From an uncultured Bacteroidales bacterium (GTDB lineage: Bacteria > Bacteroidota > Bacteroidia > Bacteroidales > CAZJDA01): a stretch of DNA of 64,000 nt. Of this stretch, positions 55,787-64,000 are shown piece after piece. The first letter of the stretch is position 1. The number at the start of each line of letters is the position of its first letter. Below the pieces are notes generated by a model, which worked only from the letters and a program-made list of their open reading frames with translations, was not told where the DNA came from and ran no database searches. Location: the NCBI GenBank assembly GCA_964544705.1, contig CAZJDA010000004.1, positions 8,495-72,494 of the forward strand, written 5' to 3'. The position numbers and the translations under genes are program-made.

Positions 55787-57049
55787 ATGGGTATTTATTC
55801 AAAACTTAAAGCCTTAGTAGCACGTAACAAGAAGATTTTCCAAAATTTATCTTATATTACAATATTTCAAGTATTTATAATGCTTGTCCCTCTAGCTACA
55901 TATCCATACTTAGTGAGGATTTTAGGAAGAGAATTATATGGTTATGTTATAACAGCCCAAGTAATCGCCAGTTATTCTTCCGTTTTTGTTAATTTTGGAT
56001 TCCGTTCAGTTTCAGCAAGGTTTATTTCAATTCATAGAGAAGATAAAGAAAAGCTTTCAGACATATTGTCTTCGGTTTTCTTTGTTAGATGTATAATATG
56101 GATAATAGCTTTTGCTCTTTATCTTGGTATAATTTATTTAATCCCCAAATATAGGGCGTATTATCTATTGTTTGTTTTATCCTATGGTTGGTCATTTAAT
56201 GAATTATTATTTCCACAATTTTTTTTCCAGGGTATTGAAAAAATGAAATATATAACAATTCTTAACATCATAATTAGGTTGGTCTTTTTAGTTTGCATCT
56301 TTGTTTTCATTCAAAAGCCCAGTGATTATTATTTGGTTCCTATATTCATGTCTTTAGGTTTTGTTATTTCAGGTATAATTTCTTTTATAGTAATTAAGAA
56401 AAAAGAAAAAGTAACATTGAGAAAACCTAAGATGCTAACAGTAAGGGAGTTAGTAGGTGACTCTTTTCCTATTTTTGCAAAAGATTTGATAACAACAATA
56501 AAAGACAAATTGAATTACATATTACTGGGAAGTTTTGTTAATATGGATAGCGTAGTGGTTTACGATCTAGGGGTAAAATTTGTAAGGATTTTAGTTAAAC
56601 CTGCAAAAATTATTGGCACAGTAATGTTTCCTGTAATTTCAAAATCTAGAAGTATTGATACATTTATAAAAGGAGCTAAAGGTATTTTTTTATTCACTTT
56701 AATACCCACCTTAGTTGTATACATTTTTTTGCCAGGAATAGCTCGTTTTTTTATTTCTGATGAAGTGAATTTGTTTCCACTACAACTTTTTTTATCTGTT
56801 CCTGTCATATTAGCCTTGAGCAGTTTTATATCATCTAATTATATGATTGCTTTTGGAAAAAGTAAATATGTTTTATATAGCATTATAATAACTACGGTAG
56901 CCTATGGTGCTATGCTTGGATATTTTTTCTTACAAGGTGAAATGGATAGCATTGTTACTTTTGTAGTTGTTGCTGTATTTTCATATTATGTTGAATTTGC
57001 TTACAGGGTTTATATTTTTTTTAAAAAAAACAAACAAATGAAATTTTAA
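55787..57049 (+). CDS. wzx: Wzx-like oligosaccharide flippase (MOP superfamily)
   Basis: 420 aa, about 12 TM helices, very AT-rich. The N-terminus NLSYITIFQVFIMLVPLATYPYLVRILG is typical of O-unit flippases. The context is a glycan locus. Confidence 0.7.
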   Translation: MGIYSKLKALVARNKKIFQNLSYITIFQVFIMLVPLATYPYLVRILGRELYGYVITAQVIASYSSVFVNFGFRSVSARFISIHREDKEKLSDILSSVFFVRCIIWIIAFALYLGIIYLIPKYRAYYLLFVLSYGWSFNELLFPQFFFQGIEKMKYITILNIIIRLVFLVCIFVFIQKPSDYYLVPIFMSLGFVISGIISFIVIKKKEKVTLRKPKMLTVRELVGDSFPIFAKDLITTIKDKLNYILLGSFVNMDSVVVYDLGVKFVRILVKPAKIIGTVMFPVISKSRSIDTFIKGAKGIFLFTLIPTLVVYIFLPGIARFFISDEVNLFPLQLFLSVPVILALSSFISSNYMIAFGKSKYVLYSIIITTVAYGAMLGYFFLQGEMDSIVTFVVVAVFSYYVEFAYRVYIFFKKNKQMKF

Positions 57050-57204
57050 CATCTTTTCTTATTTACAGAACAATAAAGAGCAAATAGAATATTAGAGATT
57101 GCATTTAAACGGTTTTTCTAATTGCCAATCTTGTATAATTTATCAAAAAAATGTCATTGTGATATTCAAAACCAAGTTCATCAGGTATTAATTGTATTGC
57201 TTTT

Positions 57205-58401
57205 ATGAGTGACCAAGCCAAACCTTTAAGAATTAAGTATAAATTAATATATTTGCCTATATTAGCATTTGTAATGTTTACGGCGACAATGCCAATTTTA
57301 GGTAATATAATTTATTGGTTTGCTGCCTTTTTAGTTTTTTGTTGCTTGTCTTATCGCTTATATAAAGGAGATGGTGTTAATAAAGCATACTTTATCTGGG
57401 TGGTAGTTTTTTTTAGTTTTTTTTTACTTTCAAGATTTTGGGCATTAAATCATAGGATGGTTGAGTTTGTACTAGTACTAAAGATTTTACCCATACTTGT
57501 TGTTACATTCTCTGTTTCAAATTATATAAAAACCCTTGAAGATGTTTACGATATACTAAAGGTCTTTTATGTTATAGCAATTTTTATTTTGGCATATTTA
57601 CTGTTGTTTGTCGATATTTCTTCAATTGAAGAGCGTATGTCATATGATCAATTAGGAGAAAACTGGAATACTAACTCGATAGGAATTCAATTTACTTTAG
57701 CCATTTATTGTGGGGTTATATTATTTTGGAGAAAAAGTATATTAGTAAAAATCATGTTTATATTAGCCTCCTTGGTAATGATTTATGTAATAATGATAAC
57801 AGGTTCAAGAAAAGCATTATTGATGTTTTTAATTCCAATAATGTATTTTTTGTTTTTTAGCAATTTAATTAAATTGAGAGCAAAGTTAATTTTATTATTT
57901 GTGAGTACTGGTTTTATATATATATTATTCTCAATCCCATATTTTTATGATATTGCTGGGTCACGTATTATGGATATGATCAATATTGTAAGTGGGAATC
58001 CCAAGGGAGGAGAAGATGCTTCTCGCCTTTTTCTTATCTTATATGGTTGGATATGGTTCAAAGAACGAATATGGCTAGGGTATGGTATTAATAACTTCCG
58101 GGTTTTATCAAATTCAACAGATATTTTTGCCGGAGAAGATTTTTATGCACATTGTAATTATATAGAATTATTAGTAGGTGTTGGTATAATAGGAACATTA
58201 ATATATTATTCAGGATATTTTTATCTAATAGGTAAAGCAGTTAAGCAAAAATCTACAATTTCTAATTGGGTAATTGCTTTATTTTTAACGCTTTTATTTA
58301 TTGATATTGCACAAGTTACTTACTATGGGTTTATGTATATGCTATTTATATCCATTGGTTTTTCTGCGATTTCTCTAAAATCTAAACATTGTCTTGCTTG
58401 A
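57205..58401 (+). CDS. wzy: Wzy-like O-antigen/capsule repeat-unit polymerase (O-antigen ligase-like domain)
   Basis: 398 aa, 10 or more TM helices. The ITGSRKALLMF block and a large loop with GYGINNF/H..Y.E are typical of the Wzy_C domain. It is adjacent to wzx. Confidence 0.6.
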   Translation: MSDQAKPLRIKYKLIYLPILAFVMFTATMPILGNIIYWFAAFLVFCCLSYRLYKGDGVNKAYFIWVVVFFSFFLLSRFWALNHRMVEFVLVLKILPILVVTFSVSNYIKTLEDVYDILKVFYVIAIFILAYLLLFVDISSIEERMSYDQLGENWNTNSIGIQFTLAIYCGVILFWRKSILVKIMFILASLVMIYVIMITGSRKALLMFLIPIMYFLFFSNLIKLRAKLILLFVSTGFIYILFSIPYFYDIAGSRIMDMINIVSGNPKGGEDASRLFLILYGWIWFKERIWLGYGINNFRVLSNSTDIFAGEDFYAHCNYIELLVGVGIIGTLIYYSGYFYLIGKAVKQKSTISNWVIALFLTLLFIDIAQVTYYGFMYMLFISIGFSAISLKSKHCLA

Positions 58402-58420
58402 AATAAGTGGTTTAATGGTA

Positions 58421-58540
58421 GTGTCATGTCAGATCATAAAAAACGCTTGGAGCTTGCTCCTTCTCAGAAATGCTACGAAAGAAATGCATCACCCACTTCT
58501 GCGGGTTCGCAATGATGTCACTTCGAGGAAGCACAATACT
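58421..58540. repeat. Structured REP/MITE-like repeat, copy B (between wzy and the GT4 gene)
   Basis: It starts GTGTCATGTCAGATCAT (terminal motif), followed by CTTGGAGCTTGCTCC...GGTTCGCAATGATGTCACTTCGAGGAAGCACA. This is colinear with copy A (TTTGGAGATTGCTTC...GGCTCGCAATGACGTCACTCCGAGGAGGAACA), with an internal insertion. Confidence 0.55.
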
Positions 58541-58629
58541 GTTTCATTCTTGATTTGATAAAACAGTAGCTTTAAATTGAAATATATATTTATAAAGCTT
58601 TTTTAACAGTATAAATAATAATAATTTAC

Positions 58630-59859
58630 ATGAAAATTTTGGTATTAACAAAATCGATCTCTAGGAACACAGGGGGTAGCTCAACTATATTAGATGCTTC
58701 AGAAACACTCTATACTCTTGGTTATGATGTATATCTCGGGTTGATTGCATCCTCTCCTATTAGTTATGTATTATTTAATAAGAAACATTCAAAAACAATA
58801 ATTCCATTTAAAAATATATATGCTGTACCAAAAAGCCTTACAAAATATTTATATAAATGGAAAAAGGGAAGGAAAAGGGGATTTTTCATTGATAATATAG
58901 TAAAGCCATTTTTTATTATCTTAAATGATAGTACAAGGCTTTTTCAAAAAAGGAAATTTATTAAAATTTTGCACGAAGTTGACGTAATAATTACGGCTGT
59001 TCCCTTTTATACTGGGGCTATGGAAGCTATAAAGTCTTATTCTAAAGCAAAAATCATCTTAAATCATGCTGGCTCGGTTCATTCCTATGAAAAGTTTTGG
59101 TTAACAAAAAGCCATCAACCAAAAACACCGCAAAAAAACCTTTCACTATATGTAAATTACTGCAATCAATTTGATTATATATTGTTTCAAGCAGATGATC
59201 AGGCAAAGGAGTGCAAGCAACAAAGTCCATTATTGGCTAATTCTCCTATTGTTGTTAAACCTTCATGTGAAGAGAAAAAAGTAATTGCTGCAAAAAAGTC
59301 TAATTCTCCATATAAAAGTGACACATTCAATATTGTAAATATTGGTTCTATTCAACCAAGAAAAGCCCAAGATTTATCAGTTGAGGTTTTATTAAAACTT
59401 ATTAATGAATATCCAAACATTCATATGCATTTTGTTGGAGTAGTGCATGATACAGATTTTTTAAAAAGATTGAAAACAGAAATTGAAAAACATAATTTGA
59501 ATAATGTTCATTTTTATGGACATAGGTACGATTATCTAAGATTTTTAGCACATGCTGACATCTTACTTCAAACTTCAAAAGCAGAGGGTGTTTCGCGAGT
59601 TATTAGGGAAGCAATGTTGATTAAAACTTTGGTGGTTAGTTTTAAAATACCAGGAATAAGCAGTACACTTGAGAACAATAAAGAGGCTATTTTAATTGAA
59701 CCTTTTGATATCGTAAAACTTACTAATTCTATAAAAGAATTATATAATAATAGAAAATTAAAAGAATCACTAACAAACTCGGCCTTTAATAGGTATTTGC
59801 TCGACCATTCTTGGGTATCCTATGCAAATTCATGGGAAACAATCCTTAATAATCTTTAA
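58630..59859 (+). CDS. GT4-family (GT-B) glycosyltransferase
   Basis: 409 aa. The C-terminal half has the characteristic block LQTSKAEGVSRVIREAMLIKTLVVS (E..G....EAM..G.PVV-type). Confidence 0.75.
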   Translation: MKILVLTKSISRNTGGSSTILDASETLYTLGYDVYLGLIASSPISYVLFNKKHSKTIIPFKNIYAVPKSLTKYLYKWKKGRKRGFFIDNIVKPFFIILNDSTRLFQKRKFIKILHEVDVIITAVPFYTGAMEAIKSYSKAKIILNHAGSVHSYEKFWLTKSHQPKTPQKNLSLYVNYCNQFDYILFQADDQAKECKQQSPLLANSPIVVKPSCEEKKVIAAKKSNSPYKSDTFNIVNIGSIQPRKAQDLSVEVLLKLINEYPNIHMHFVGVVHDTDFLKRLKTEIEKHNLNNVHFYGHRYDYLRFLAHADILLQTSKAEGVSRVIREAMLIKTLVVSFKIPGISSTLENNKEAILIEPFDIVKLTNSIKELYNNRKLKESLTNSAFNRYLLDHSWVSYANSWETILNNL

Positions 59860-60134
59860 TTCAATATAGTATCCTGTATTTATAAATTGTATTGCAAAAG
59901 TTCTGATAGGTATATGGAAATATGTTGCTGTTCTAACATTACTCATTGAAAAATTGTTAAAAATCAAAGTGCATCATAACAGGCTTTAGGAAGGAAAATG
60001 TGTCACAATTCATAAAATTTAATATTGGGATAAGACTTTGAAATCAAAGAAAAAGATACATCCCACATTACTTGATGGCTTTTCAGTTAAGAATAGAAAT
60101 AATTTATAATGATTTAATTTAATCTATTAGCAAA

Positions 60135-60986
60135 ATGAAGAAAATTATCATTCAAGGCACTAGCCGCACTGCATCAAAACTTTATAGGGAAATACTAAAC
60201 AAGGCAGACAATGTAGTAATTTTGCACGAAATCGTATTTGACTTTCGTTTTAAAAACGATGTAAATGCTGTATTAAAAAAATACAATGTATATTCGGATA
60301 GTAAAAATATTAGGACTGCTATAGATGCTATATATTCTGACAAATATTTTAAACGTATTAAGGCAGCCTATCCTGATAAAGAAACATTAATTGATGCGTT
60401 GGAAAAACAGGGTAAACTGGATTGGGCTAAAGCTCTAAATGCATTTATTGAACAAAAAGCCATTAATGAGAACAAGCAAATATCTGGAGCTAAAAACCCA
60501 GTTCACTCCACTTATACTAAAAAATTATTAAATTCTCTTACAAATGTAAAAGTTTTATACTTATTAAGAGACCCCAAAGCAATGTATGCTTCAGAAATAC
60601 ATCAGAAAAAAGTGAAACAGCCATTATCAAACTTCCCACAACTCAAAATAAAGTTTATGCAAAGGCCACTCGTTTTCTTTCATACAACTTTAGAATGGAT
60701 CAATGCCGTAAAAATGTATAACAAGATAAGTGATAAAGTAATACTCTGCAAATATGAAGAACTTGTAACCCAGCCTCGAGAACTAATGAGAAGAATTTTT
60801 GATTTTTGTGAATTAGAATTTTCTGATAAATACCTAGAAGAAATTTCTGTTATTAACTCAAGCCATTCAGTTAATAATAAAGGAATTTCTAAGCATGGTA
60901 TTAATAAATGGAATAAAGATTTGTATGCTATTGAACGTTTATGGTTCAATCTTTTACAAAAATTATATAAATATAATAAACTATGA
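60135..60986 (+). CDS. Sulfotransferase-family protein
   Basis: 283 aa. The N-terminal IIQGTSRTASKL looks like the PAPS 5'-phosphosulfate-binding loop, and YLLRDPKAMYASE matches the 3'-phosphate-binding R-D-P-x-x-x-x-x-S motif. Confidence 0.6.
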   Translation: MKKIIIQGTSRTASKLYREILNKADNVVILHEIVFDFRFKNDVNAVLKKYNVYSDSKNIRTAIDAIYSDKYFKRIKAAYPDKETLIDALEKQGKLDWAKALNAFIEQKAINENKQISGAKNPVHSTYTKKLLNSLTNVKVLYLLRDPKAMYASEIHQKKVKQPLSNFPQLKIKFMQRPLVFFHTTLEWINAVKMYNKISDKVILCKYEELVTQPRELMRRIFDFCELEFSDKYLEEISVINSSHSVNNKGISKHGINKWNKDLYAIERLWFNLLQKLYKYNKL

Positions 60987-61046
60987 TACCAACCATTTTG
61001 TTTTTTAACGGACACTTTGTAACATTTAAATTAAGTACAATTTTTA

Positions 61047-62441
61047 ATGAGCCACTATAATGAGAAAATAAAAGAAATTGCTAATGTAGAGAAAAATAAT
61101 TCTTTTTACTCTATTATCGCTTTTAAAATACCAATTTGGCGTTTAATAAGATCCAGTATTGTTGAAGGTTACTTAAAGAAGAAATATAATTTTGAGAAAC
61201 GCAATACAACAAAAAGAAGTGTAAATTGGGGCCATTTTTTTAAATATTATTTTTTATCCTTTTATTCAATAATAAGAGTTTTCTTTCATCCTAAAATACG
61301 TGCAAAATATGTAATTTTTGCATTTCCTAGGCTGCAACATTTTGATAGCAAGTATATTGACAAGTTTACTGACCCAATAATAAAAGAGTCTGTTTTATTG
61401 AATGAATCTATTATTTTTCAAAAGCCTCTCTCTGGCAGACATTTTAGGCCTAGGTATAAGTTATGTCCTATAATTCCTATAGATTTTATTGAGTATACAA
61501 CAAAATTCTTAGGTATTATACTGTCCCCACTTTTTTTTATTATGTTTTCAAAATCAATATTCAACCTTTATAAAAAGACAAATAGGACTTTTGGTGTAAG
61601 TAAAAAGTTTTTGTTTAGTATTAGTGCTATTATAGGAACATTTTTATTTTCATCTTATTGTTATAAATTATTATTTGGCATATTAAAAACCCAAAAGATA
61701 ATTTTTGTAAACCGAGAATTAAACTTCCCAATTACTTATGCTGCAAAAAGAAAGGAAATTACAACCTATGAACTCCAACATGGCATTACTTTAAACTGGT
61801 CAATTTTATATTCTCATCAATATTGCCCAGCTATTGACCCTGATTATTTTTTGTCATTCGGTAAATTTTGGAAAGGTAAACAATTTGGTATACCAGTCGA
61901 GAGAATAATTAATATTGGATGGGCTTATGGAAAATTTATTAAGAATGCTAAAGCATCAAAAAATGTAATGAAAAACTATATTTTGATTGTCTCGGAGCCT
62001 AGAAATAGTGATAATATAATTGAAATTGCATTGGAAATGGCTCTATTATATACCAATTATATCTTTCATATTCGACCTCATCCACAAGAGGAAATCTCAA
62101 GCGTTTTGAAAAATAGAATTGAAAAATTGGACAACATATCAATACAAGATAATAAGGTTGAATCTTCAATTGCGGTATTACCTTATCAATATATAATTGG
62201 ACATAAATCTTCTGTTTTGTATGAAGCTTTGAGTTTTGGCAAAAGTGTTGGTTGCTTGAATTTCAATGGATGTTCAACTAACGCAGTACAAATTAGAAAT
62301 TCTCCATTTGTTATTATTAATTCAATGAATGATTTTGTAAAATTAGTTGAGAGTAAAAGAGAAAAAAATCAAAATATGGAAAATAGTTTTTATTCATACT
62401 TCGATGAAAATGATTTCAATGAAATTATATTATCAAGATAA
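61047..62441 (+). CDS. Hypothetical protein, possible novel glycosyltransferase (candidate nonulosonic-acid transferase)
   Basis: 464 aa, a clean ORF inside the glycan locus with central hydrophobic segments. It has a C-terminal Rossmann-like region with HIRPHPQEE (an H-P motif as in bacterial sialyltransferases) and SSVLYEALSFGKSV. I cannot make a firm family assignment. Confidence 0.4.
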   Translation: MSHYNEKIKEIANVEKNNSFYSIIAFKIPIWRLIRSSIVEGYLKKKYNFEKRNTTKRSVNWGHFFKYYFLSFYSIIRVFFHPKIRAKYVIFAFPRLQHFDSKYIDKFTDPIIKESVLLNESIIFQKPLSGRHFRPRYKLCPIIPIDFIEYTTKFLGIILSPLFFIMFSKSIFNLYKKTNRTFGVSKKFLFSISAIIGTFLFSSYCYKLLFGILKTQKIIFVNRELNFPITYAAKRKEITTYELQHGITLNWSILYSHQYCPAIDPDYFLSFGKFWKGKQFGIPVERIINIGWAYGKFIKNAKASKNVMKNYILIVSEPRNSDNIIEIALEMALLYTNYIFHIRPHPQEEISSVLKNRIEKLDNISIQDNKVESSIAVLPYQYIIGHKSSVLYEALSFGKSVGCLNFNGCSTNAVQIRNSPFVIINSMNDFVKLVESKREKNQNMENSFYSYFDENDFNEIILSR

Positions 62442-62558
62442 ATTAATATGATAATGCAAATCAATTTCGGCAATAGTTCACAGAACTGATTTAGCGTTTT
62501 CTGTAATATTTTGATTTATATTCGAAAAGCAATAAATTTGGTTATATAAAAAGAATAA

Positions 62559-63851
62559 ATGGAAAAGAAATTTAATATTAAGAAGCTACTTATAATGGGA
62601 GGCCCTGCGTTAGCTTGCAATATCGTAGAAACAGCTAAATCAATGGGTATAACCACCATTGTTACAGATTGGTATACTCCAGAACAAATGCCGGCAAAAA
62701 AAATTGCAGATAAATACTTTATGGAAAGCACTGCTGATGTGGATGCTATGGTTGATCTAATTAATAAGGAAAACATTAATGGTGTTATCACAGGCTTTAC
62801 TGATTCAACCTTACAGTATTATCAAAAGGTATGTGAAAAAGCAAAACTTCCTTGTTATGCTACTGAAGAACAGATCGAAATCACTACGAATAAAAGAAAG
62901 TTTAAAGATATATGTCACAATTTTGACATTCCTGTTGTTGAAGAGTATAATATTCAACCTGAATTTAGTGAAGAAAAATGCTCAAAAATAAAATTTCCTG
63001 TTATAGTAAAACCTGTAGACAATAGCGGGGCAAGAGGTATTACAATATGCAAGAATGCTAAAGAATTGAAACATGCATACCAAAAAGCACTTTCTTTTTC
63101 GGAAAGCAATAGTGTGTTGGTAGAGCGTTATATGAATTGTAAAGAAGTTAGTATTTTTTATGTTATTAACAATGGAAATATATATCTAACAGCGATGGGA
63201 GATAGGCATATTAAAAGAAACCAAGATGGCGTTATACCGTTACCTGTTGCCTATACTTTCCCTTCTGAATATTTACCTAATTATTTAAACAAATTAGATG
63301 AAAAGGTAAAAAAAATGTTTAAAGCCTTAGGTATGAAGAATGGGATGATTTTTATACAGTCTTTTATTGAAGATGATGAGTGTGTATTCTATGAAATGGG
63401 CTATCGATTAACTGGGTCATTAGAGCATGAATTGTTAGAAAAAATATCTGGCTTTAATCCAATGAAAATGCTACTAAATTTTTCAATAACTGGGAAAATG
63501 GATCCCGAAAATAAATTAATAAATGCCAATCCACGTTTTAATAAGTGGGCTTGCAATATTACATTTTTAGTAAAACCAGGTAAAATTGGTAATATTGAAG
63601 GCATTGAAAAAATATTAACTTACCCGGAAGTAGTGTATGCACTTCCTTCTTATAAAAATGGGGATATTGTTCCAGAAGAGGCTAAAGGAACCCTTCAACA
63701 AGTTGTATTAAGAGTTTTTGCAATTACTAATACAAAAAAAGAGCTTGTGCAAGTTATGAATAAAATTCATAATACTTTTAGCGTTAAAACAGATAACAAT
63801 AAAAATATGTTACTAGAAACATTGGATACAAATGAATTAATTAACGAATAA
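62559..63851 (+). CDS. ATP-grasp domain ligase
   Basis: 430 aa. KLLIMGG, FPVIVKPVDNSGARGITIC (ATP-grasp phosphate loop context), VLVERYM and IQSFIEDDECVFYEMGYRLTG. Confidence 0.75.
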   Translation: MEKKFNIKKLLIMGGPALACNIVETAKSMGITTIVTDWYTPEQMPAKKIADKYFMESTADVDAMVDLINKENINGVITGFTDSTLQYYQKVCEKAKLPCYATEEQIEITTNKRKFKDICHNFDIPVVEEYNIQPEFSEEKCSKIKFPVIVKPVDNSGARGITICKNAKELKHAYQKALSFSESNSVLVERYMNCKEVSIFYVINNGNIYLTAMGDRHIKRNQDGVIPLPVAYTFPSEYLPNYLNKLDEKVKKMFKALGMKNGMIFIQSFIEDDECVFYEMGYRLTGSLEHELLEKISGFNPMKMLLNFSITGKMDPENKLINANPRFNKWACNITFLVKPGKIGNIEGIEKILTYPEVVYALPSYKNGDIVPEEAKGTLQQVVLRVFAITNTKKELVQVMNKIHNTFSVKTDNNKNMLLETLDTNELINE

Positions 63852-64000
63852 TGCAAATGCAAAAAACAATTTTAGTTACAGGTGCCGGGGGATTTCTTGG
63901 CAATGAGATTTTAAACCAGCTACTAAATGAACATTCTTATGATATAATCGCGTTAGATTTGAAGAAGGAAAATATAAAGTCATGTTTTCGAGAACTTAAT
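63851..64000 (+). CDS. NAD-dependent epimerase/dehydratase (SDR), N-terminal fragment cut by the window end
   Basis: MQMQKTILVTGAGGFLGNEIL carries the TGxxGxxG Rossmann motif. The ATG overlaps the ATP-grasp stop (TAATG). Confidence 0.6.
   Translation, partial: MQMQKTILVTGAGGFLGNEILNQLLNEHSYDIIALDLKKENIKSCFRELN

Overview
AT-rich chromosomal segment that looks Bacteroidota-like. The clues are TAnnTTTG -7 promoter boxes just upstream of several genes, many lipoprotein and outer-membrane genes, an archaeal-type ProS, a four-helix-bundle 'IVS protein' gene and a REP-like repeat; this assignment is inference. I recognised no rRNA, tRNA, CRISPR array, transposase, integrase or phage genes. The first 42 kb carries housekeeping and envelope genes. 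In order they are: a giant S8 peptidase truncated by the window edge (absent from the ORF track), a PLP dehydratase, a MOP flippase, an operon of a very Tyr-rich low-complexity lipoprotein plus a FadL-like barrel, proS, three tandem PagL-like (lipid A deacylase family) paralogues plus a DUF2807-like lipoprotein, mazG, a PAP2 phosphatase, a 1222-aa orphan sensor kinase, xth, parE, an internally deleted peroxiredoxin relic, an orphan tolC, acyl-CoA carboxyltransferase plus BCCP, an Mla/MCE-type operon (STAS-MlaE fusion) preceded by membrane and coiled-coil proteins, a TlpA-like reductase, an M1 peptidase and lpxH. From 42.6 kb to the end is one co-directional surface-glycan locus. It holds gmd/fcl, a UDP-GlcA-epimerase-like gene, a pseudaminic acid pathway (pseB, C, F, G, I), wzx, wzy, a GT4, a sulfotransferase, an unknown 464-aa protein, an ATP-grasp enzyme and a truncated SDR. 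The pse pathway has no GNAT pseH; a MaoC dehydratase, a CitE-like lyase and an LbH acyltransferase sit in its place. The locus is interrupted by selfish-looking inserts: an inverted-repeat-flanked four-helix-bundle cassette between gmd and fcl, a MntA/HepT toxin-antitoxin pair with its own promoter box, and a structured MITE/REP-like repeat that recurs at three places in the window. The most novel candidates are the variant pseudaminic-acid acylation module, the IVS-like cassette, the Tyr-rich lipoprotein/barrel pair, the PagL triplication and the doubly anchored coiled-coil protein next to Mla. All functional calls come from motif recognition by eye, with no database search.
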